From IMG/VR virus record IMGVR_UViG_3300025267_000036, positions 1 to 40,035 of that record: a stretch of 40,035 nt of DNA; one strand, 5' to 3'. The notes beneath the pieces were generated by a model. It ran no database searches, was not told where the DNA came from, and saw only the letters and a program-made list of their open reading frames with translations. The position numbers and the translations under genes were made by a program. The stretch comes from a virus. Lineage: Duplodnaviria > Caudoviricetes. Below, one piece after another: positions 1 through 5,918 of the stretch. How positions within the stretch are numbered: the first letter of the stretch is position 1; every line of letters begins with the position of its first letter.

Positions 1-178
1 GTGTGGCTGGTGATTTAGCAGCAGTAAACCATCGAATGAACTGGCTATTCTCGCGTTTTCTTTCATTCTCTGGATTTCTATAAGTTTTTAAGACACGAAT
101 TTCGTAATCACCTTGTACATAAATTGCATAAGGGTTTGTTACGTCCCGTGTTTTACCGTACATGTTAATTCTAGCCAT
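1..178 (-). CDS. Small phage protein, cassette A (3' end runs off the window); MARINMYGKTRDVTNPYAIYVQGDYEIRVLKTYRNPENERKRENSQFIRWFTAAKSPAT...
   Basis: Translated by hand and not in the ORF track. ATG at 178-176, GGAGAG RBS upstream, open to the window edge. Confidence 0.8.
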   Translation of the reverse strand, partial: MARINMYGKTRDVTNPYAIYVQGDYEIRVLKTYRNPENERKRENSQFIRWFTAAKSPAT

Positions 179-211
179 TTGCTTCTCTCCAATTAAGTTA
201 ATGTTGAGGAC

Positions 212-239
212 ATAGTATATAAGTATAAGTATTTGTCCA
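212..239 (-). promoter_or_regulatory. Sigma70-like promoter of cassette A (TGGACA-N16-TACTAT)
   Basis: Hexamers read on the - strand, in the same position relative to the repeat as in the other cassettes. Confidence 0.45.
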
Positions 240-248
240 CTTCGGATT

Positions 249-288
249 AGAGGCGAGCTTGCGAGCCGACACGACTCTAGATCTGTGT
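249..288. repeat. Cassette-boundary repeat, copy 1
   Basis: AGAGGCGAGCTTGCGAGCCGAC at 249-270 is identical in 3 copies; here followed by ACGACTCTAGATCTGTGT. Confidence 0.95.
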
Positions 289-290
289 GG

Positions 291-317
291 AAAAAGAACC
301 CCCCATTTCTGGGGGGC
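291..317 (-). terminator. Rho-independent terminator after cassette B
   Basis: The - strand reads CCCCCC-AGAAAT-GGGGGG then TTCTTTTT, just downstream of the stop at 334. Confidence 0.8.
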
Positions 318-333
318 TGAGTTTCAGGGAAAA

Positions 334-483
334 TTACATGATGTCTACGTTGACCGTGATGTTACCGTCTTCAACCCACTCTTTAATAATGGATTGGATT
401 TCTTCACGGACTTCGGGGTTTTGGAGAAGAGCTTTAAGGTGGAACACTCCTTCTAACTCAATCTCTATTCTTTCTTTTCCCAT
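334..483 (-). CDS. 49-aa hypothetical protein, cassette B (MGKERIEIELEGVFHLKALLQNPEVREEIQSIIKEWVEDGNITVNVDIM)
   Basis: Translated by hand; below the ORF-track cutoff. Has an AAGGAG RBS and its own promoter and terminator. Confidence 0.8.
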   Translation of the reverse strand: MGKERIEIELEGVFHLKALLQNPEVREEIQSIIKEWVEDGNITVNVDIM

Positions 484-514
484 AACGTTCTCCTTATGTG
501 TTGTTGATGTAAGT

Positions 515-542
515 AGTATAAGTGTTTCACGTGGAACGTCAA
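515..542 (-). promoter_or_regulatory. Sigma70-like promoter of cassette B (TTGACG-N16-TATACT) with a parS-like palindrome in the spacer
   Basis: Near-consensus hexamers. TGTTTCACGTGGAACG lies at 523-538. Confidence 0.65.
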
Positions 543-550
543 GTTGAGAG

Positions 551-590
551 AGAGGCGAGCTTGCGAGCCGACGCGAAGCTACTTCTGCGT
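551..590. repeat. Cassette-boundary repeat, copy 2
   Basis: 22-bp core at 551-572, then GCGAAGCTACTTCTGCGT. Confidence 0.95.
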
Positions 591-614
591 TTAATCCCTG
601 TCTATAAGAGGGTT

Positions 615-640
615 GGAGCGGCCCCTTTCTGAGCCGCCCC
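615..640 (-). other. GC-rich hairpin 3' of cassette C (loop AGAAAG, no U-tract)
   Basis: The - strand reads GGGGCGGCTC-AGAAAG-GGGCCGCTCC, including G-U pairs. Confidence 0.65.
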
Positions 641-655
641 TTATCCCCAACCTAC

Positions 656-925
656 CTATGCGAACAAATCAACTACCAAACCGGAGCCTTGAGAAATCTC
701 GAATTGCTGTACTGCAACTGTCACACTGTTATCTTTCAGTACACGTATCGACCACTTCCACTCATGGTTTGGCTTTAACTCATAACCAGCTTCCGGCAAC
801 AATGTCGTAAAGTGTTCTTCAATGTTGCGCTTTGAAGCGGCATAAGCGGCAAGCATCTCTTGAACTTCCGCTGGAGCGTTGTGAGTAGGTAGGTTTATAA
901 AAGGTACTTTTTCTTTCGTAGCCAT
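656..925 (-). CDS. 89-aa hypothetical protein, cassette C; paralog of 1121-1399
   Basis: AAGGAG RBS. About 84% amino-acid identity to its neighbour with many synonymous changes. Confidence 0.9.
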   Translation of the reverse strand: MATKEKVPFINLPTHNAPAEVQEMLAAYAASKRNIEEHFTTLLPEAGYELKPNHEWKWSIRVLKDNSVTVAVQQFEISQGSGLVVDLFA

Positions 926-979
926 TTTTAAATCTCCTTATAAATGACTGTTATGCCGTACTCGACGGCGACAAAATGT

Positions 980-1007
980 ATTCTGCATATATATGTATTA
1001 GTGTCAA
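980..1007 (-). promoter_or_regulatory. Sigma70-like promoter of cassette C (TTGACA-N16-CAGAAT)
   Basis: Perfect -35 and degenerate -10; same geometry as the other cassettes. Confidence 0.5.
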
Positions 1008-1015
1008 TTGGGGTG

Positions 1016-1055
1016 AGAGGCGAGCTTGCGAGCCGACGCGAGGCTAGCTCTGCGT
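1016..1055. repeat. Cassette-boundary repeat, copy 3
   Basis: 22-bp core at 1016-1037, then GCGAGGCTAGCTCTGCGT. Confidence 0.95.
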
Positions 1056-1081
1056 TTAAATTTTCTTATGGGAAGGAGATT

Positions 1082-1106
1082 GGGGAGCCGCCTTTCTCGG
1101 CTCCCC
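1082..1106 (-). other. GC-rich hairpin 3' of cassette D (loop AGAAAGG, no U-tract)
   Basis: Perfect 9-bp stem GGGGAGCCG/CGGCTCCCC. Confidence 0.7.
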
Positions 1107-1120
1107 GTTTCCCTTGACGA

Positions 1121-1399
1121 CTAACCTTCCGAGAAGAGATCCAGAACTAGGCCGGAACCTTGTGAGATCTCAAACTGTTGAACGGCTACGGTCACGCTGT
1201 TATCTTTCAGCACTCTAATTGACCATTTCCATTCGTGATTAGGTTTGAGTTCATACCCTGCCGCCGGAAGCAATGTAGTGAAGTGAGTTTCTATGGCACG
1301 TTTTGCTACAGAAAAATCACTCAACATTTCTTGCACGTTTTCCGGTGCATTGTGAGTAGGAAGGTTAATGAAGGGAACTTTCTCTTTCTTGTCAGCCAT
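1121..1399 (-). CDS. 92-aa hypothetical protein, cassette D; paralog of 656-925
   Basis: AAGGAG RBS; paralogy to the neighbouring ORF. Confidence 0.9.
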   Translation of the reverse strand: MADKKEKVPFINLPTHNAPENVQEMLSDFSVAKRAIETHFTTLLPAAGYELKPNHEWKWSIRVLKDNSVTVAVQQFEISQGSGLVLDLFSEG

Positions 1400-1447
1400 T
1401 TTAAAATCTCCTTTAAATGACTAGTTACGGCGTAATTGCCAAGTCAC

Positions 1448-1475
1448 ATAATAGGTATTTATATAAGTATTGCAA
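1448..1475 (-). promoter_or_regulatory. Sigma70-like promoter of cassette D (TTGCAA-N16-TATTAT)
   Basis: Near-consensus hexamers on the - strand. Confidence 0.6.
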
Positions 1476-1498
1476 GTACTTAGTATGGGTCTGAATCT

Positions 1499-1509
1499 GA
1501 GCCGACGCG
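1499..1509. repeat. Degenerate fourth copy of the cassette repeat (GAGCCGACGCG)
   Basis: 11-bp match in register with copies 2 and 3 relative to the -35 box. Confidence 0.6.
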
Positions 1510-1525
1510 CCAGTTATGTGCCTTT

Positions 1526-1553
1526 TACAGGGTACAGTGTACAGGGTACAGTG
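1526..1553. repeat. Tandem repeat (TACAGGGTACAGTG)x2, equivalent to four TACAG(G/T)G heptamers
   Basis: Read directly from the sequence. Confidence 0.85.
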
Positions 1554-1818
1554 TTCAGTCTAATAGATTCCACAATACCATATTGACAGTAAACAGTTAC
1601 TCTTTTCAATGTGTTAGTCTCCACCTACACGGCTATGTTGTGTCTATCTGAACCTAAACTGGTTCTAGTTTGACACAAACCAGTTCAGTGTTATGTAAAA
1701 TTCTGTTTACCAGTTACAAGGCTGTAACCTGTAGCTATTCCCACCCATTTGACCTCAAATCGCGGCATTTCGGTATAGAAGTTAAACTGTCAGTTAAACT
1801 ATATCGTTTAGACTTATA

Positions 1819-1840
1819 TGGTTGTGACATTTTTGCAACA
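1819..1840. promoter_or_regulatory. Putative operator TGT-N12-ACA, copy 1
   Basis: 16 bp (TGGTTGTGACATTTTT) identical to 7298-7313; both copies lie upstream of promoters. Confidence 0.55.
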
Positions 1841-1889
1841 CAGAAAAAAAAACTTTGCCAACACTGTTCCATAGGGGTAAAAATTTTTG

Positions 1890-1930
1890 TTGAAGTTCGC
1901 GGCGTTTTCGCGTAGGGTTTACCCACGATG
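1890..1930 (+). promoter_or_regulatory. Rightward promoter TTGAAG-N17-TAGGGT-N6-ACGATG
   Basis: Same architecture as the promoter at 11975-12015. Confidence 0.55.
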
Positions 1931-1958
1931 CAAATTCACACATAAGGAGAAGTTAGAT

Positions 1959-2222
1959 ATGGACAGATTAGATCAAGTAGTTACTCAGAACCATACGGAT
2001 TGGGCCAAGACCCATGTGAGACTCACTGAACTAGAGACGTACATGGACTTTTGCAGTTCCAAGATTGATACCATCAGTAATGTCTGGCATGGCATAGTGG
2101 ACAAGAATGCAGTCGATCATTGGCAAGCTCAATGGTCTAGGCTCTACGGGGAATATCGCACATTACAGGATAAACTTGGGGATCTTGAGTATGGCAAAGG
2201 CAACTGGAACTGGGAGGGATAG
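1959..2222 (+). CDS. Hypothetical early protein (87 aa)
   Basis: AAGGAG RBS before ATG 1959 (start revised from the ORF track). Confidence 0.75.
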   Translation: MDRLDQVVTQNHTDWAKTHVRLTELETYMDFCSSKIDTISNVWHGIVDKNAVDHWQAQWSRLYGEYRTLQDKLGDLEYGKGNWNWEG

Positions 2223-2226
2223 ACAC

Positions 2227-2430
2227 ATGACACATCTTAAAGCCGCCAGACTGTACCTTACAGGACTTGAAGCTACTAAGTTGAGACTGACTCATTGGGA
2301 GGGTGATGTTAGAAGTAAACCCTTTCTTAAAATACCCCCATTGAACAGTGAAATAAGGAGAGTCAAGCTTATCATAAAAGATTTGACTGACGTATTAGTT
2401 AACCATCTTTATAAAGGAGAGACACGATGA
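2227..2430 (+). CDS. Hypothetical early protein (67 aa)
   Basis: ATG 4 nt after the previous stop; ATGA overlap with the next gene. Confidence 0.65.
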   Translation: MTHLKAARLYLTGLEATKLRLTHWEGDVRSKPFLKIPPLNSEIRRVKLIIKDLTDVLVNHLYKGETR

Positions 2431-2651
2431 TTGAAATATTCTGGCTTGTTATGTTAACAGGTGACAAGGGGCATGATAAGAAGATATGCAAAACCCCTAC
2501 ACAAGTATTTGAGATGCTGAGTGCATGGAGTGATATGGACTCAGTAAAATGGTCACAGTTTACATTTGCAGAGAAGCTACAGAAACAATGGCTAGAGGAT
2601 GCTACTGTTGAGCCTATCTGTTTTTATGGAGAGGAGAGTAAGTATGAATAA
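2427..2651 (+). CDS. Hypothetical early protein (74 aa)
   Basis: AAGGAG RBS; ATGA coupling. Confidence 0.7.
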   Translation: MIEIFWLVMLTGDKGHDKKICKTPTQVFEMLSAWSDMDSVKWSQFTFAEKLQKQWLEDATVEPICFYGEESKYE

Positions 2652-2922
2652 AAAGGACACAGAAGAGTACATAAACGAACTGTTACGGGATTGTAATGGT
2701 TCAAGTCGTAAACTGGACAGGGTAGCTGTTATCCGTGACCAGTTAGTTCTGCCTTTATGTGGTCATAGGAAGACAGTAGAGGAAGCTTTTCAATATGCCA
2801 AGATGCTTTCAGATGGTGCTGGTAGTGAGGGTATGACAGTACTGACTGCTGTTGGTGTGGTTATAAATACCATTCGACAGGAGCTACAGAGAGCTATGCA
2901 GGAGGACTCTGTAGATGATTAG
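2644..2922 (+). CDS. Hypothetical early protein (92 aa)
   Basis: GAGGAG RBS before ATG 2644 (start revised). Confidence 0.7.
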   Translation: MNKKDTEEYINELLRDCNGSSRKLDRVAVIRDQLVLPLCGHRKTVEEAFQYAKMLSDGAGSEGMTVLTAVGVVINTIRQELQRAMQEDSVDD

Positions 2923-3223
2923 TATCAAAAGTGACACTCGTAATATGTTCCGTCCTCTTTATGAGCGAGTACAGAATGGCAAGTCTGCTCTGTGGTTCTA
3001 TGACGGATATTTCTTTAAATCATTAACTAAGGCTAGAGAGTGGGAGGGTGACGTTAGAAGTACACCCCATATTGGAAGTAAATGGATGTTTACTGATCCT
3101 ATGTCCTCAGACATTGTTAAGAGGCCGCGCAGTATAGACCTTACTATCTGGTATCCTATTAGTCGTAGAGATGGCACATGGTACAAGAGAAAGCTTGGCC
3201 CTGCTTATAGTGATTTAGCATGA
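2915..3223 (+). CDS. Hypothetical early protein (102 aa)
   Basis: GGAGG upstream; overlaps both neighbours in operon fashion. Confidence 0.6.
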   Translation: MISIKSDTRNMFRPLYERVQNGKSALWFYDGYFFKSLTKAREWEGDVRSTPHIGSKWMFTDPMSSDIVKRPRSIDLTIWYPISRRDGTWYKRKLGPAYSDLA

Positions 3224-3453
3224 AGACATATGTTCAGTTAATGAGGGATCTGTTTATACAGACAAATCCCCATCGGTTTAACTACACGAAACATTCGGAT
3301 ATTCCATTCATAATACAGGATGAAGTATCTGGTGTAGCTGGTAAACCAATTACCAGTTTAACGTTAGATGATATAAATGATTTCTTGAATGGTAGAGAAC
3401 ATCACTTTGATTCTAACAAATCTCAATCTAGCTACTCAAAAAGGAGTAATTAA
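3220..3453 (+). CDS. Hypothetical early protein (77 aa)
   Basis: ATGA overlap with the previous gene; fills the operon gap. Confidence 0.55.
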   Translation: MKTYVQLMRDLFIQTNPHRFNYTKHSDIPFIIQDEVSGVAGKPITSLTLDDINDFLNGREHHFDSNKSQSSYSKRSN

Positions 3454-3455
3454 TT

Positions 3456-4406
3456 ATGCTAGATAATTTTCCACTAAGTACTTATCCCAGTAATCAGCCT
3501 ATCTTTACAGAGAATCCAGACGTATTCTTTGAGACTCGTATGGAACCATTGTATGCTCCAAAGAGAGACGATAATGGAGAATATATACGTGATCCTATTA
3601 CGGGTAAATTAGAATTAGGGCCACGTGCTGGTTCATTCTCTGGTGTATTCCGTAATGACAATGATAACTGTCTAGGTGAACATAAACAGGGCAGTTACGT
3701 ACTTGTTAATAACCGTCCGTTCTTTGAGGGCATACAAGAGAAGTTAACTGAATACTTTACTGCGGATCAACTGCTTAAAGTAAAGGTTAAGGACTCTGTA
3801 TCTCATTTGGGCAGTTCTGTTATACGAGAGTACATATTTGAATCTATTAATAGTACGATAGAATCAAAGTCTCATAGTACGACATTAACATTCCGTGTTA
3901 TTGCTTGGAATTGTTTTGATGGTAGTACAAAGGCTACTGTTATCTTCGGTAATATTGACAGTTTCTGTACTAATGGTCTTATCTCTGGACAATATCAGGC
4001 TAGTAGTCGTAAACGTACTTCCGGCTTTGTTCTTGATAGTTTTCTGGGTTACATGGATAGTGGACTAAAAGACTATGAAATAGAGATGGCTCGATTACAG
4101 GGGTATGCTGAAACACCTGTTCTAGTGCCGTATGTTTCAGAGTTCTTTGAGAAACTGTCTGGTGTGTCAGAGAGAAATGCTCAGAGATTGAATGAACAGT
4201 TTAAAGAGGAGATGTCTATTCGAGGTCTTAATCTTTGGGCTGTTGTATCTACTCTGACTAATTACGCAAGTCATACTGACGGATTATTTCCTGTACGAGA
4301 TACAGGTAATAGTCACGAAGGTGTGACATTGCTTAATCGTCAGTCTCAAGTAGGCAAATGGTTAAATAGTAAGGCATGGAATGATCTTGTAGAAATTGCT
4401 GCTTAA
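3456..4406 (+). CDS. DUF932/DUF945-family phage/plasmid protein
   Basis: WNCFDGS...FCTNGL matches the family pattern N-S-x-D-G-S...C-x-N-G; also has NLWAVVSTLTNYASH; AAGGAG RBS. Confidence 0.8.
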   Translation: MLDNFPLSTYPSNQPIFTENPDVFFETRMEPLYAPKRDDNGEYIRDPITGKLELGPRAGSFSGVFRNDNDNCLGEHKQGSYVLVNNRPFFEGIQEKLTEYFTADQLLKVKVKDSVSHLGSSVIREYIFESINSTIESKSHSTTLTFRVIAWNCFDGSTKATVIFGNIDSFCTNGLISGQYQASSRKRTSGFVLDSFLGYMDSGLKDYEIEMARLQGYAETPVLVPYVSEFFEKLSGVSERNAQRLNEQFKEEMSIRGLNLWAVVSTLTNYASHTDGLFPVRDTGNSHEGVTLLNRQSQVGKWLNSKAWNDLVEIAA

Positions 4407-4474
4407 TGCATTACGTATATTTCTACATTGGTTTAATTTCACTTGCATTTATCTTATGCTTAATCACGGTTTAA
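4406..4474 (+). CDS. Putative 22-aa hydrophobic peptide (MHYVYFYIGLISLAFILCLITV)
   Basis: TAATG stop/start coupling to DUF932; entirely hydrophobic. Confidence 0.4.
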   Translation: MHYVYFYIGLISLAFILCLITV

Positions 4475-4483
4475 CATGAAAGG

Positions 4484-4526
4484 ATACGAACTGGGTTGCA
4501 CTGTTACAGTGTAGCCCAGTTTGTAT
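4484..4526 (+). other. 20-bp RNA stem-loop (processing site or terminator)
   Basis: ATACGAACTGGGTTGCACTG-TTA-CAGTGTAGCCCAGTTTGTAT; the three non-Watson-Crick positions are all G-U on the + strand. Confidence 0.7.
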
Positions 4527-4541
4527 TTAAGGAGAGAGAAT

Positions 4542-5270
4542 ATGTTTATTAGAACACTTAAAGAGGCCAAAGAAATAGCAGGTAACTTAGGACAGCCTGA
4601 CAAGATGCCGCAATATGCTTATGGTTTACCTGCTAACGAAGGCTATTACGTAAAAGGCATCTGTAAGGAGCGAGGTTGGCCCGTGCCGCCTATGTATGGG
4701 TGTGGTGTAGGCTCTAGACTGTCAAAGCAGTTTGGTACACCATGCTTCAATTGCTATGCTGACGAGCGCGGTAACTATTCCTACCCATCTGTTCATATAA
4801 ACAGAACCAAACACGCAGTAGCTGTTTATCATCCTATGTGGAAGTATGCTATGCATAAGCTCATAGGCCACTATGTTGATCCATCTGACCCTCATTTCAG
4901 ATGGCTTGATAGTGGTGACTTGGTAAATGAACAAATGCTGTTGGATATTATCTGGTTAGCTGACCAGTTGCCGCGTATAAAGTTCTGGCTCCCTACACAA
5001 GAACGTAAAATAGTCTGGACTGTATTACACAATAGAGGCCATATACCTTTACCAGATAATCTCTGTATTCGGATTAGCTCTACTAAACTAAACAATCACT
5101 ATGTTCCTATAGGAGATTATTTCTTAACAGTTCGCGGTAAACTCTGTTCCAGTTCAGTAAGTACAGTAGGCGACCATGATTGCCCATCTGAACAGTATAA
5201 CAATACATGTGGGCCATGTAGACTTTGCTGGGATACTTCACATCTTCACACTATTTATAAGGAGCATTGA
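4542..5270 (+). CDS. GP88-like Cys-rich phage protein, possible Fe-S / radical-SAM-like
   Basis: CX13CX2CY, RWLDSGD, FWLPTQE and C-terminal CX8CX2CX2CW; AAGGAG RBS before ATG 4542. Confidence 0.7.
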   Translation: MFIRTLKEAKEIAGNLGQPDKMPQYAYGLPANEGYYVKGICKERGWPVPPMYGCGVGSRLSKQFGTPCFNCYADERGNYSYPSVHINRTKHAVAVYHPMWKYAMHKLIGHYVDPSDPHFRWLDSGDLVNEQMLLDIIWLADQLPRIKFWLPTQERKIVWTVLHNRGHIPLPDNLCIRISSTKLNNHYVPIGDYFLTVRGKLCSSSVSTVGDHDCPSEQYNNTCGPCRLCWDTSHLHTIYKEH

Positions 5271-5273
5271 GAT

Positions 5274-5678
5274 ATGGCTAAACGTAGAAAACCTACTAAG
5301 AGAGAGCTAAAGGAGGCCAAGAGACTATTACGTGAGGCTGGGTACACTGACCAGTTTATCAATTCTGAAGGCCATCTTGTTGCAAAGAGTCCATCCGTTA
5401 AGATGTCTATTACTGTTAGTTTAAAGGATGGTTCTAATTTAGTGGAGCATGTTAAACAGCAGATAAAGAGAAACCTTAAACAAGAAATGCTTGAAATAGG
5501 ATTACCTGCAATGCAGAGAGGCATGAGAGAGGAAATGCCAGCTTATCCTGATTTAACTGTTACTGCTAACTCTACTAATCTTAAAGAATATGTGGATAAA
5601 ACAGGTAGTTATACAGGTATTAAGGGTAAAAAATATTACAGAATGGATATTGATATAGCCTATAATAAGGAGGACTAA
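5274..5678 (+). CDS. Hypothetical protein (134 aa)
   Basis: AAGGAG RBS; operon position. Confidence 0.7.
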   Translation: MAKRRKPTKRELKEAKRLLREAGYTDQFINSEGHLVAKSPSVKMSITVSLKDGSNLVEHVKQQIKRNLKQEMLEIGLPAMQRGMREEMPAYPDLTVTANSTNLKEYVDKTGSYTGIKGKKYYRMDIDIAYNKED

Positions 5679-5681
5679 AAC

Positions 5682-5918
5682 ATGAAAAAGTATATCCACA
5701 TTAACCAGCATATCATCAAGCGTAATGCTAAAACTGGTGAACGGAATCCTGTAGTGACAGTCAAGACTTACAAGTCTAATCACTACGGACATGAAGTGTC
5801 TATACAAGGTGATTCCAAAGTCGTGTATAGGCCCGACAAACCATTGTCATGTGGAGCTAAAGTGTGGATAGAAACACATGGTAGTGTTACACTGGACAAC
5901 AAAGGAGAGATACTATGA
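5682..5918 (+). CDS. Conserved phage hypothetical protein (IHINQHII...KPLSCGAKVWIET)
   Basis: Motif familiar from marine phage proteins; GGAGG RBS. Confidence 0.8.
   Translation: MKKYIHINQHIIKRNAKTGERNPVVTVKTYKSNHYGHEVSIQGDSKVVYRPDKPLSCGAKVWIETHGSVTLDNKGEIL

Noticed and set aside
249-1509. CRISPR array interpretation of the repeats
   Set aside because: The intervening segments are about 260-430 bp and contain promoters and ORFs. There is no cas operon, and the Cas4-like nuclease lies in the replication module as is usual for phages.
1-1510. Classical integron
   Set aside because: No tyrosine recombinase in the window, no RYYYAAC/GTTRRRY attC ends, and the cassettes carry their own promoters. 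Kept only as an analogy.
1749-1779. Additional promoter TTGACC...TATAGA
   Set aside because: The spacer would be 19 bp. Only the embedded CGCGGCATTTCG word was retained as a motif.
1782-1797. CtrA box
   Set aside because: Spacing is TTAA-N8-TTAA, not the canonical N7.
259-1926. ORF-track entries 259-456, 287-547, 613-810 and 1235-1420 (+), and 1670-1915 / 1735-1926
   Set aside because: They lack RBSs, run antisense to better-supported - strand genes, or cross repeats and promoters.
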